From: Phoronis australis
Lineage: Eukaryota > Animalia > Phoronida
Assembly (NCBI GenBank): GCA_002633005.1
Contig: NMRA01000347.1
Coordinates: 186,001 to 250,000 of the forward strand
Direction: 5' to 3'
DNA length: 64,000 bases
Below the pieces are notes generated by a model. It did not search any database. It was not told where the DNA came from and saw only the letters and a list, made by a program, of their open reading frames with translations. The position numbers and the translations under genes were made by a program. This document shows positions 27,690-39,676 of the stretch, piece after piece (the first letter of the stretch is position 1; every line of letters starts with the position of its first letter).

Positions 27690-29385
27690 CTGTTTACAGG
27701 CAAGTGTTACGTCATACATCCCATGAGCGGCGTTTCACCTTTTTCGCACGGGATTTGAGGGTAAATTGCTGATCGTATATATAATAGCGGATTTGCAGCG
27801 ACGCCATATTGAAATTAGTTAAAATGGTGCATTGTGGGTGCTGTGGTCAGGATTCCGAAAGCGGCCATAGTAACAAGCATAATACGCGGTATGAGCGCGA
27901 AGAAAACTTACGGCGGATACACTTGTTGTGTTCCTGGCTGCTTCAAAAACAACAAGAGAGATAAAAATCTGAGTTTGTATGTGTTCCCTGCAAACCAAGA
28001 ACTTCGTGAAAAATGGATAAACAACATTAGGAGACCTGGGAGTAAGGGGAAATTTAGCGCATTCAAACGAACGCGGGGCCATCTAGTAGGCAACACGTAG
28101 CCCCTCGGTTGGCCATGTAGGGGCTACAATACTTCCATTCGCTTTCTGTACTCATTTCGTTACTCCAGTGTATTTTAAACGGGCCGTGACCGGATTTGGG
28201 TTACCGATTTCGAGTTTTCACCTCGTCAAAAATACACTCTACACTTAAAACTATCATTTAAAAAACGCTTACTTTCATCATTGGTCCTTTCTACTTCTAT
28301 ACATATCTTTAATGAAGCTTAGTTGTGACAATTAAGTTGACTTTGGCGAAGAATTACAACTCCACTTTTTTGGTTGCCGTTAATTTTATCACCGCGTGCG
28401 CGATAACTACAAAGCATGTCAACTGAATCCCGTGAGTTAGGCGCAAGGTTAGACTGAGCGAAGCGCGTGACGCTAGCGCGCGACACTTGTAAAATAGCAT
28501 GAGAAGGTATCGGGTGAAACTTGTAAGATGTGTGTCCCTTGGACTTTTTATTCGTCAACATGCGTAATTTCACGTAACTTCCTCAAAATGGCACCCGGTA
28601 ACCGTGACTGAGAGAAACTCGAACAAACCGCGACAGATTTTCATCGATTCGTTCAAGTTTTGCTGACTAAATTGTATCCAGAGTCGTGGTATGTGTTAAT
28701 TATAACTCCGTGTTCCTATATGTATGCCGGGTTCATTTGATTTTATTTGCTGTATTTTGAAATGAGTAACTTTTTGTGAGGATGTACTATCGCCCCTGAA
28801 TGCCTGCGGCATCCAGTGCGATGTAATTGCCTAGGGGCCATCGTGTGTGCAGCGAACATTTTCCTGGTGGAAAAAAGACTTATGAGAACAACATTCCGAC
28901 GGAGTTTTCACTTAAAATTAACGTCTCTAGCATATCCACGACGAAAGTTACAAAAGTTAAGCAACCCAAGAACTCTCAACTTGTCTGAAATAGGAGGAGA
29001 TTTCGAAATCAACGCCGATAACCCCAATACTGAACACGGCGACAGTCGTGCTCTCGGTCACACGGTCACTGATCATAGCTACGCTGTGTTTACAAACGAG
29101 AGAGAAGACTTGTTTGGTATTATAAAGCAAAAAATGAAACATGGTTTTTAGTTTGCAAATCACTCCAAATGCACACACCAAGGAGTGTAGTAGCATACAT
29201 TATCCAGCCTGCTCAAGACATGCCTGACCACAAGCTATCCCATGAGCCTTCGCGAAGGAAGTAACTCGCACATGCGCAATGAGTAGTTCGTCTGCGCTGC
29301 AAATCCGCCATTGTCCAAATCCCGTGCGAAATAGGCGAAACGCCGCTCATGGGATGTATGACATAACAATTCGTCACAAAACAGA
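27690..29385 (+). mobile_element. THAP-bearing DNA transposon relic with ~55-bp TIRs
   Basis: TGTTACGTCATACATCCCATGAGCGGCGTTTCACCTTTTTCGCACGGGATTTG (~27705) is inverted at ~29316-29369. Superfamily (P, ISL2EU or other) unresolved. Confidence 0.75.
27890..28915 (+). pseudogene. THAP domain interrupted by a 750-bp insertion
   Basis: MSAKKTYGGYTCCVPGC..YVFPANQELREKWINNIRR..KRTRGH, then RVCSEHFPGGKKTYENNIPT. The 9-bp duplication GGGGCCATC (28075-28083, 28834-28842) flanks insert 28084-28833. Confidence 0.85.
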
Positions 29386-31752
29386 GAGTTCAGTGGCAAG
29401 CAAGCAGTACCAATCTACAAAATGTCTAATATCAACTTCGACATAAGCACAGATTTTGCAAGGATTTGTTAGTTTTGATACAATAGAAAGCATCTGATTT
29501 TGGAATACACATTAAGAAATGAGTATTTAAAGCAGTATATATTTCAATAGAGAAAACACTATTCACTTAGATGTACTGATTTCGTTGGCTTGAGAGTAAG
29601 TTTTCAGTACAAGTAAAAATGCATATGATTGTCATTAATACCAAATATTTACTTAAATATGATTAGCAAACAGCAGCACCATTGGATAACAGGACATGGT
29701 GGTAATTCATTATCTATTTAATTCATCTTATGGTCTCAATCACCAAGACTTATGTGGAAACAACACATATAATCGGCCGCTTAAACTATGGTGTCAGAAC
29801 ATAAAAACCAAGTGGCAGCACCCCTAAACTCCATGGCCGAACCAAAAAACCCATGAATCAATGACAGGATAAAAAAACTTAACTCTTTGGCTGAAGGCAT
29901 AACACTGCGAGTCCCCGCATTTCGTGACTGGTGCCGTAGGGCTCCCAGTGTTTTCCGCCATTTTTGTCCTGTGTAGCCCTCTCCAATATGGCGTCATATT
30001 GACAACACGAATGTATGTACATGTACCTGAGAAGCGCTCGCCCGGTCTATGTGATGTCTATGCGTGTAAAACTTTGCACAAACACTCTTGGGAGATTATC
30101 ACTTTCTAAATAGTTTTCATGTTCAAATGCAGCTTTAAAAAATTTGTAATAGTTTAACTTAGAGTTGGAATCACTTTTGCAAAGCATAGTCCTTAACACG
30201 TTGTGAGAAAATATTTACAAACGACTCTTGGCACGCGACTCCTTGGTTTACTCAAATATTATAGAAACCAAGCACTGACAATTGCGGACTGAGCTTGCTC
30301 AATTATTCATATGTCTACCATTTTTATCTAGCCTGTACAACATGTTGTAAGCCACCCTTGGATAACGTTCTTGTGGCAAACTCAAATTTTAAATCTAGTA
30401 TTTAATACAGCTAACAAAGTATCTCATAAACATAGAATATCTGTCACATTCACCCAATACTACAGCGTTAGAGCAAGAACCGACAAGTCCCAAGGTCCAT
30501 TTACGAAGTTATAAATATTTTTTTAAACACTCGTATTCTTTCTAAGTACAATTATTTTGCTTTTTTATATTATGTTCACAGCCATACCCCATGAATCACA
30601 TTAATCATTGAGACGATTCAGCATACGTTGCAACTTAGACACTGTTAGAGAGCACAAAACCAACAGGAAGCTTAAGAATGCAGGTGTGTCAATTTAGAAG
30701 TTACAACTTAAAGTTGTACATCCCAATATGATGGCTCGTTAATGTTTCGACACTCTTGATCTGCAACACAGCAACCTGAAACCTGCAATAACCAGTGAAT
30801 ATTCCAGGCCACATTGGCTTTGGAACCTAGAACTCGATTTGCACAGGTTTTCATTTCACTGCCCAATAGCAGTAAAGCGCAATGTGACGTCATGTACATG
30901 GATTTCGCGGGACGTTGTTAAGGAGTTGGTTCTTTCACAAGACTAGTTGCATAAATGCAGCGTACGGACAATAATGAGAGAGAGAGGGCGAAGCACTAAA
31001 GTGCAGCATTGTAAAAAATGAAATTACAATCCCGGTACTACATCTAGCTGCCAAACAGTGAGATCACTTGAGCCTAGAATCACGTTCGAAGTTCCAGGTT
31101 CTAGGAGAGAAAAACTGTGAAAAACTTAGTGCCAGGCTCTAAATTTATTGGACCCTGAAACGAAATAATTCCGTGTCCCGTTGTCACCACACATTTTTAA
31201 AATGTAGTTTCACGAGACATCTTAAAATCGACGCGTTGCATGAAGATATCTTACTAGTCCTACTACACCGTTTCTGTGAGGTCAACGGTCGTTAGCTAGT
31301 GTGTGTGACCGTCCAGCTGCTTACGGTGGTCGGCATATCACAAATTAGTTTGTACGTCGCTTGAAGTTCCGGAATTCGAGGAAAGGTCCACTTCTTTTGC
31401 TGCGTTTGTGTTTCCCATTATCAGTTGACAGAATGCCCTTTGATCCCTATTCCAAATTTTATAGCGTAACTCATGGAGCTGGGTGTAGTACGGGGTTCCC
31501 CTAATTAATGCCCTGATCACCAGTGTGAACACTCGTTCACATGGTCAAGATTTTCATCTGGGTCCAGATAGGAATATTCAGTACGTTTGCATGGTTACAA
31601 TGAGGAAGGAAACTGCATAACATCGAGTTCATTTTGACAGACGTGCAAATTGTGGTTTTTGTTAAGAGTGAAAACTGCGAGTTCAGTCTTTTAACTGACA
31701 CAGCGTCAAAGAATTGCTGAAAATAAAGGCACAGCAACAACAGTGAAGACCT

Positions 31753-32696
31753 TCATAACGAAACTACTGACAGAGAACTTCCTGTAGAAAAGCCAACATT
31801 GTCGCACCCAAGATCGGAAGTATTGTTTTCAGGCACAGATGCTGACGCCGAAATCTTCTCTTTTTCTTCCAAGTTGCTCAGAAGCTTTTGACCAACTCTA
31901 GAAATTCCGAAGAAAAAACAGATTCCGACGAAAATAATGACGGCGGCGATTACCCATAATACCCATGTCATTGGAACGAGAATCAGGGCGCTTATCAGTG
32001 CCACCGTGTCCAAGATATCTAAAAGAGTGGCCAGCACAAGTCTATGAAAGTGTGTTCCGATGGTAGATCCTAGCGGCGCCCCCACAGCAACAATTGGAGC
32101 GCAGACTCCAACGAATTCGAAAGCGTCGCGCGACACTTCATACTGAACAAGCAGGCGCCAGAACGCACCGATACTGGTGTTTATGGCCATAAGGACTACG
32201 GAGGTGGGCGTAGCTGTCTTCTCGGAGACACGAAACAAAAGAGTTATGATGCTGAAGCTGCAGATATCAACGCCGCTCCCGGATATAGCCGAAAACACAC
32301 CACCGAAAATCCCGGTTACGATCAGCACGACGGCTTTCCATGGTGTGAAGTCTGGGATCTTCATAAAAACGCGCCGCTTGTGGTTCCAGTTGAGTAGAAA
32401 GAGCGCAAAGGCGAAAGAGAACCACGTGCAGACGAATCCAATTTTCTTCTGTGGGGGTGTTAAGTGACCATCAATAGCTTCTAAACCGACGATCATACCG
32501 ATGGCTCCCCCAATAGAACAAAATAAGATGGATTGCTTTTCTAGTTTCACCTTCATAAAGTAGATTGCGAACGTTGCTGACGTCATGCCGACGGATTGAA
32601 TGAGAAGAGAAAAGTCTCGAGCAATTGTCGGGCTTATCTGGAATGCTAACGTCATCACTGGGAAAGCAACTGCCCCGCCACCTTCAGTCGTCATTC
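31753..32696 (-). CDS. TauE/SafE-family membrane protein, copy 2, last exon
   Basis: 944-nt exon with ctttcag acceptor; protein closely similar to copy 1 (GMTTEGGGAVAFPVMTL...); open to stop. Confidence 0.85.
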
Positions 32697-34212
32697 CTGA
32701 AAGGATTATAAACTTCAATTTTCAACAAACAAATGCGGACAGTCGTAACAATTCAATAATCTGACAATCTATAAGGTTTATCATTGAAATTACAATGTAC
32801 AAATGTGTGTCAAAAAGCGGGGCTGTTCGATGATATGGCGAGATGGCGGAAAAATCCAAACTGGAATAGTCCGCCAAGAGCGGGACAATTGGTAATTACG
32901 ACTTCCACTATCAGCAACACAAAATATTGTATTGGATCGGTCAACACTGAAGGTAACGTTCAATGCTCAGAAATTAAAATAACAAGACGTATTTGGACTA
33001 CGTTTCAGAAATGAATTCTCAGAGAGATTTTATTTAAAATGGTAATAATTTATAAGAACACACGTACTTACTGTAGGTATGCAAAAACAAGTAGTTTTAC
33101 AAACGTTTCTAACACACGCAACTTTTCAATCATAATTGCAGAACAAACACTCAGAAAACTAAAGTCATTTTTTTCCTTAATGTACTGTAATATGACTTCA
33201 GTTCAATACCCAAAATACCTTGTTGAAATACATGTACATGTACTCCTACCATGTGCTTTGATAGATTGTGCTTCGGAGACTTGAGATGAAAAGATATCAG
33301 AGACTCATACCCGGATGTAGCTGTCTCGCGGCTGGCCAAAATCGCGGCATTTGAAATACACGACAATAGCTTACGTAATTTTGAGAAGTCTTGCATCTTA
33401 GCGAGGTCCTAGAGTTACTGAACTCTACCCCGGTATCCAACCAGAGCCACGGGTCGGTGCGTATAAAGAGTGACCAATGTAATTGTCTGGTTTCCTGACT
33501 TATTTTGCCAGAAAATCGCTGATTGGGTAGAGTCTCAGCTCCAGAGTCAGGCTTGATAAACAATATTGTCATAATGAAAATGAAGAAATGAAATTAGGCT
33601 TTATTTGATAGCTACAACACTCGATCAACACTCAGTCGAAAGTCACATTCCAAACTCTTGCGGCCAGGCTCGTTGTTGCAAGCTCTAGTAATACTGTAGA
33701 AAACATTGCTTACGTACAAGAATTGGCATTGTAGGGCTAGAGTTCTGTAAGACCAAAACGGTCCATTTAGTGCCAATGAAAGATAGTGAAATGACTGGCC
33801 GACTCCTACACTCGTCACCTTCGCTACACCAAACTAGAGAAGGTGATGTACATGTACGATGGCTTCAGCCACGAGGCACAAATTATTGCAAATACACGAT
33901 CCGCACGAACTGGTCTAATCTGCTCTACCAAGACTGTAATATCCACGTAGCCATGCCTCCAAGAAAAGACTCATCTGATGAGGACAAGTTGGTTGCACGA
34001 TCTTTCAAAAGAGGCATTAAGAGCAGCGCCACTATTTCACACAGTTGTGGAGTGTCATTCAGTTTGCTTGAGTAGCAAGTATAGTGGACGCCGGAGATGA
34101 CAGAAAGCATTAGTGGTGGAAAAACACCAAGCGTGAGGATCAACTTTTTAAAATTTACCCCACACCCTTGTAAACCTGACGCGGATACTGGGTTGCTACT
34201 GGGAAAACCCAC

Positions 34213-34440
34213 CTGCCACCAGGGAACCAAAGACCATGGTTATGGACATGAAGTACTTGTCAACAAATAGATGCCACAGGTTTCGTTTGATGAAAATAGA
34301 CGCCCAGCAGAACCACACGAATAAAACAGGTATCGCTATGCCCACCAGACGGCGGTGTTTAACGAGTACTCGCTGAAAAATCGATGCATCCTTCGGAAGG
34401 TTGGCTACATAGGTCACGTGTTCGTTGTGTACAGCTTGAC
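34213..34440 (-). CDS. TauE/SafE-family protein copy 2, middle exon
   Basis: 228 nt, ttttag acceptor and GT donor; GQAVHNEH...MVFGSLVAG. Confidence 0.85.
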
Positions 34441-34706
34441 CTAAAAGGGAGAAAATTTGATTCCAATAAAAACTATTTGACAAAACTCCCAAGCAACAAA
34501 GACACAAAGAGATTTGCTATTCTTGAAGGGAGACTCTTGTCAAACTCGCATTGGTCACTTCACAGATTTCGACGCAAAGCTGTAACTTGTCATTTCGCTA
34601 CAGAATAGGCAATTCAATGAAAGAGTTAAGCTATAGACCGCACTCCCGTCAAAATAACTTTTCTTTTACACCATTTAACGGTAAAAGTCTTGCATTAACT
34701 TGTTCC

Positions 34707-34977
34707 CAGGGCCGGATCCAGGATTTTGAGCTGGGGGGATAGGGCACAGGAATAACCAGAATTTTGCTCCACTGGCGCGCCCAGCCTAAAATGTAAGAAT
34801 GTAGGGGGTCTCGAGGTTTGTTAAAGGCCTATGCATTGTGCATTTGCCCTTCCCCCGATCCCCCCTAGGTGCGCGAATATTCTTGGCATTAATTCGCACC
34901 CCGAACTGACAAATGGAATCCGGGGGAATTTCAGGGGGGGAGGTAATGTTTCCCCTGCCCCCCTAAATCTGACACTG
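34707..34977. mobile_element. hAT5-like MITE in TauE copy 2 intron
   Basis: CAGGGCCGGATCCAGG...CTAAATCTGACACTG; flanks GTTCC/GTTTT; absent from copy 1 (~11598, GTTTC). Confidence 0.7.
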
Positions 34978-35374
34978 GTTTTTTACTCGGATTAGACACG
35001 ATTCCAGGATTTTAGAGGACGGGAAATCAGGTCCTATAGCTGCACGTGAACACGGTAAAAGTTCCCATTGAATGAGATTATCAAACATACATGTAACAAC
35101 AAAATGCATGCAAAAAACTTCAATGTACTGATCAAAATCTTCTGTTGCTAACCTTCTCACTTTCAAAATAAGGCTCGAATATATCAAGAAATCTGAAATT
35201 TCAATCTTTGAATTTTGGAATACGCATTTTTTGTCATACCAGAAACATGGAATTGAAGTTAACAAATGTAACACTTTCTCTATTGTGAAGAAGTTTAAAA
35301 CAGTAGACTGAACTTAGCTCACGGTCAAAAATTTTCTTAACACATGGACTCACATCCCATTAGCAGATAAATAC

Positions 35375-35543
35375 CTTCCCAGAAATACTTCTTGCAAAAT
35401 ATTCGGCAACTGAATGGGCGTTTTCGTCTACAACATCCCCTGGCGTTGTCTTTCTCCACAATCTGGACTTCAGCGTCACGTTGTTTGGTCGCAAGCCCGT
35501 TTTGTTGTTCTTTCGTGTTCTTCGAAACTTGCATAGCAAATGC
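35375..35543 (-). CDS. TauE/SafE-family protein copy 2, upstream exon
   Basis: 169 nt; AFAMQVSK...RIFCKKYFWEG; contains an in-frame ATG where copy 1 has ACG. Confidence 0.7.
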
Positions 35544-37519
35544 CTGAATACAAACATTACAGCAATGGTCACGTGGATGAATACTTATCCTGACTACATT
35601 TAGAGTCCGCATTTGCAAGTTAGGGAGAATATTACAAACAAAAGATGAAGTCGACGACCATATGGTGACAATGGGACACACGCGTGTTATTTTCAGAACG
35701 CGTGCATTATACAGCCGTTCAGTGCGAGTGCACGGCAATCGTCATTGCGCGATGGCAGGCGGGAATATGGGAGTCTACCCGTTTACAGTACAATGATTTC
35801 CATCCAATGTGCTGCTTTGAACATGCGTTGCACTCGTTGCCTTGCACTCATCGCTTCTACAATGAACAAACGACCCAAGAAGTCCATCTCACTGCTGATG
35901 TCTATACCGGCAATGTACGTGTTTCGCAAATAACACGATGGGTTGCTATGCTAAATGTATTTCCGGTTTTACACCTGCATTTTAAGGACACGGTCGCGTT
36001 GCATTCGTACGAATGACGTTCCTGAACAAATTAGCAGGCCTGTATAGGAGTCAGACAGTGATAATAACTATACTTTAATTTTCAAAATCATAAAAAGCAA
36101 AAATTATTGGAGTTCAAATGTTGTTAATTCATACAGGAAAAGAAATGATGAAACGCATGTGTACTGAGAAGTGTCCGTCTAGGACATGTACATGTACACC
36201 TGTGTTTTATTGGAAATACATATGACTGTACATGGGTAATATTTTTGCCCAATTTGCAATGAACGCGTTTCGGAAGGACTACCGTTCCATACACAGCGTG
36301 ACTGCAAGTTTTCCATTAAAAACAAAGATAGTTGGAATTCAATGCATGCGGGTACAGAGTGAAGACAATACCCTAGACCCTTTTAAGACTAGTGTCAAAG
36401 CGAGCAACCACCTACATGTATCAATGGGCACACTAAGACGTCGGTGGATGCACGCGTTACATGTCATTTTTCGAAAAGTTCAATAACTTCGAAGGTTTAC
36501 TGCTACACCGATGTTTTACAAACTCCGAAGCTCCACTACTTCAAAGGTTCACTACCCGGAAAGTTCACTTCTTCGAAGGTTCTCTGCACCGGGATTTCAA
36601 AAGTTGGTTTCACTACTGTTCCCGATTCGCAGTGACTGAGAACTTGGGTATGGTGCGAACAGCGACTTCTATCGGCGTGCTTTAAACATGGTCACTCGTC
36701 ACTTTTTGCAAGTCCACACAGTCCCATTCAGGGAAGACATGCACTCTTATGAATTTTTGACCACGGGGTAACGTTTTCGTGCTTAAGTGCATGTGGCAGT
36801 TAACGCAAAAGTAAACGCGCTGATTTTGCTATAAATCTCTCAACCGCTGTTGTATTTGGGACAGTTTTATGTTATGACAAATTTGTAAAAAAGTACAAAG
36901 TCATGCTCGACACGTAAATGTCAATGGTCCCGAGGGTATATTTTAGTAACATCATCATCAAATAGCATATACTAAGTATGTGCTGTACCTGAATGGAGTT
37001 AACAGAGTGCCCAGGCGGTCAAGTGCACCAAATAATTTACAACGTTAGGGACGAAGGCCAATTGGCAATGTTGACTTGAAAATGACGCTAATGGGAGAAT
37101 TTTAAAATCTCTGTCGACCGAGTGAGACTATATTGGCTGTGTAAGGGGGCGTGACATTGCTTGTAGTACCCTCCTATGGACTCACTGTTATGTCTTACTG
37201 CTTCATGCATGTACGAGACTAGAGACTGCAAGAATTATTCATTTGTAAAACTCGGTATTAATCCTGATTCGTGGCCCTTGTCAAGGCTTCACATGGAGCT
37301 CTTGTAAAACTACGCCGTTAGAATTGTAGATAGCATAGAGTCCTAGGGTACAGAAAAAACATGAATGCACATATCTCACAGGAAATTGTCTGCAAGATAA
37401 TGTTCAGAAAATTTAATTTCAAGTATCTTTATAATAATCAGGTAAATGTCAAGTCTGGCCAGCGCGTCACCTGTTGGTCACATCTAATGAACATACATGT
37501 AAGTCTGAAAAGTTTTTCT

Positions 37520-37598
37520 CTGCCCCAACCGGGACTCGAACGCGCGACGTTCTGATAATCATGCAGACGCTCTAGCCAACTGAACTATCGGGACCACC
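37520..37598 (-). mobile_element. tRNA-derived SINE head
   Basis: Minus strand reads GGTCCCGATAGTTCAGTTGGCTAGAGCGTC...GTTCGAGTCCCGG (A and B boxes) without a clean cloverleaf. Confidence 0.6.
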
Positions 37599-39676
37599 GG
37601 TTCTAAATTGTAATCCAATCAGATTAGTAGTGGACATCTCACCCTTGAAATCCTGTGATGCCTAGTATACCATCAGCTTATTGTTCAGCTTTTTTAGCTC
37701 TCGGCATTTTTCCAGTTATTATAGTATAATACGGAGTTCCTACGTATTCTCAGTTATGTCATGTGTACATGTTGATTAAGTTATCTTTAGTGCATTCATG
37801 ATATTTTTTTCTAATATTTCGCAGGTTTTGGACCCTACAATATGGGAGATCTTTTTGGATCGAATCGGATGTCCTATAAGATCTTATATGACAGATATAG
37901 AATTTGTTATCAGAAATTATGCAAAATTCCCATTACGCCGGATTGACAAAAGTAATTTTAAGGTTGACACTTAAAAATATCCATGTTCCGTGTGTCATGT
38001 CACCTTTTCTTCACTTCATAATCGCCCACAGATATATGTAAAAACAACGGGTGATTTATCAAATGGTATGTCAATTCACACCAACAGGTGGCGGGGTTTT
38101 TCTGTTGCCAACAACATTTTAGATTCATATTTCATGCTGCCCTATAAGTGCAAGATATTCATGTTCGTGAAAGACGATGCTAACTTCGAGTTTCCACTGA
38201 ATTTGTCAGTAGATGTGTTGTTTGAGAGAATTCAAGCTGTTCTTGAAGTAGTTCAGACTTCCTTAACGACTCACTGTGGTATTAGACACTTCCACTCAGT
38301 GTCTTCAGACACTGGCTCAAAAGAATAACACACCGGCTGCTATATCATGGTGTAAGGATCGTGAGGCAGTCAGGATATATACAATGATATAGATTTGAAA
38401 TTACCTAGGAAGTTCAGTAGGATCGAACAAGATATTGTGCTGGAGTTCCCGATCCTGCAGGATACGAACTTGGACCAATCTCGAACAGCAATTTCTACGG
38501 AAAATTTAATAAGACACTATAGGAATTCTTGCAAGAGATATTATAGGAAGTTTTTGTAAGAGATGACTTGTCGTGCGACTGAAATCCGTACATGCGCAAA
38601 ACATCGTGCATCTCCGAAGCAAAATTTGACTCTTACTAAAGTGCTCGAGGTGTTCCGGTTCACCTTTGTAGGATACCCAAATAGTGAGTGCACAGCTGAA
38701 CAGTAAAACATCGATAAAAAATTCCCTTACGAGCGGTTTCGAACAGGGTGCGAACAATTTTTTCCGTTGTGTGTGGGCTTCTCAAGGCCGTCGTATGACA
38801 ACTCGTTCGTCCATCCTTAAATTCGCAGCCAAATCGATGATTGTGTATAATTTTGGAATGAGGGGACAATTTTAGAACATCACATTTCTACGGTGTTGCC
38901 TCAAGTTGACCTTCATGGCAATCGTAGGACCACCTTGTTTTTATATACAAATATTATTTGAGTAGGCCTACTTTCGATTGCACGATTAGGTGCGTTTCGT
39001 TACACACTCTTGGTTGTAGATAGTGGTATTCCCGTGTCTTAAAACTAAGTGTCGGCATGCCTTTAATTTCGACTCATGTGGAAAAAGAGTGCCTTAAAAG
39101 CCAACCCTTGATTGCCAGTCAAGTTAAGTCAGTGACATCTCCTTCGGCGTCATACGCCCAAGCGGAACTGCTAAACGTGACACAGACTATCTCGACAGGA
39201 GCACACAGGCAATGCAACCGGCTAACAGCCAATAGGATCATTTCCGAAGCTAGGAGCGCTGAACAGGGCGATTGATGTGAAGAATCATTAAAGATTGCTT
39301 TAGACGTGAAAGTAAATCCGGCGCTCACTTTGATATGATTTTTTGTCTAAGTTTAGGAGTTTAAAGTTACTCGGTAGCAATAAAACAAGGGATACTTGGA
39401 ACAAATATGACGACAACAAGCCTCCAGGGAGTGCTTCATAAAAAAACTTAAGACTCATTTCAGAAATTTGGACTTACCCTCCACAAAACTATTTCTGAAA
39501 AATAAATAGCACTTGAGCACAAATTCAAAGTCTCTGGGAATATTCATACTCAAGAATGCTGATATAATTTCCATAAGTTATTTCTAGATTATGATTTAAT
39601 TTCTCATAATTACTTGGTTCAACCTTTATTGAGCGATTGCAAAATGGAAGCCTCAGACCAAGTTTCTAAGTCTTAA

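Larger units (their letters stand above)
27144..30050. mobile_element. Possible non-autonomous DNA transposon (ATAGACC...GGTCTAT ends) hosting nested elements
   Basis: Left ATAGACCGGACGCACGCGCT...TGACGCCATATTGGAGAG is mirrored by right CTCTCCAATATGGCGTCA...AGCGCTCGCCCGGTCTAT. The two ends could belong to separate copies. Confidence 0.5.
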
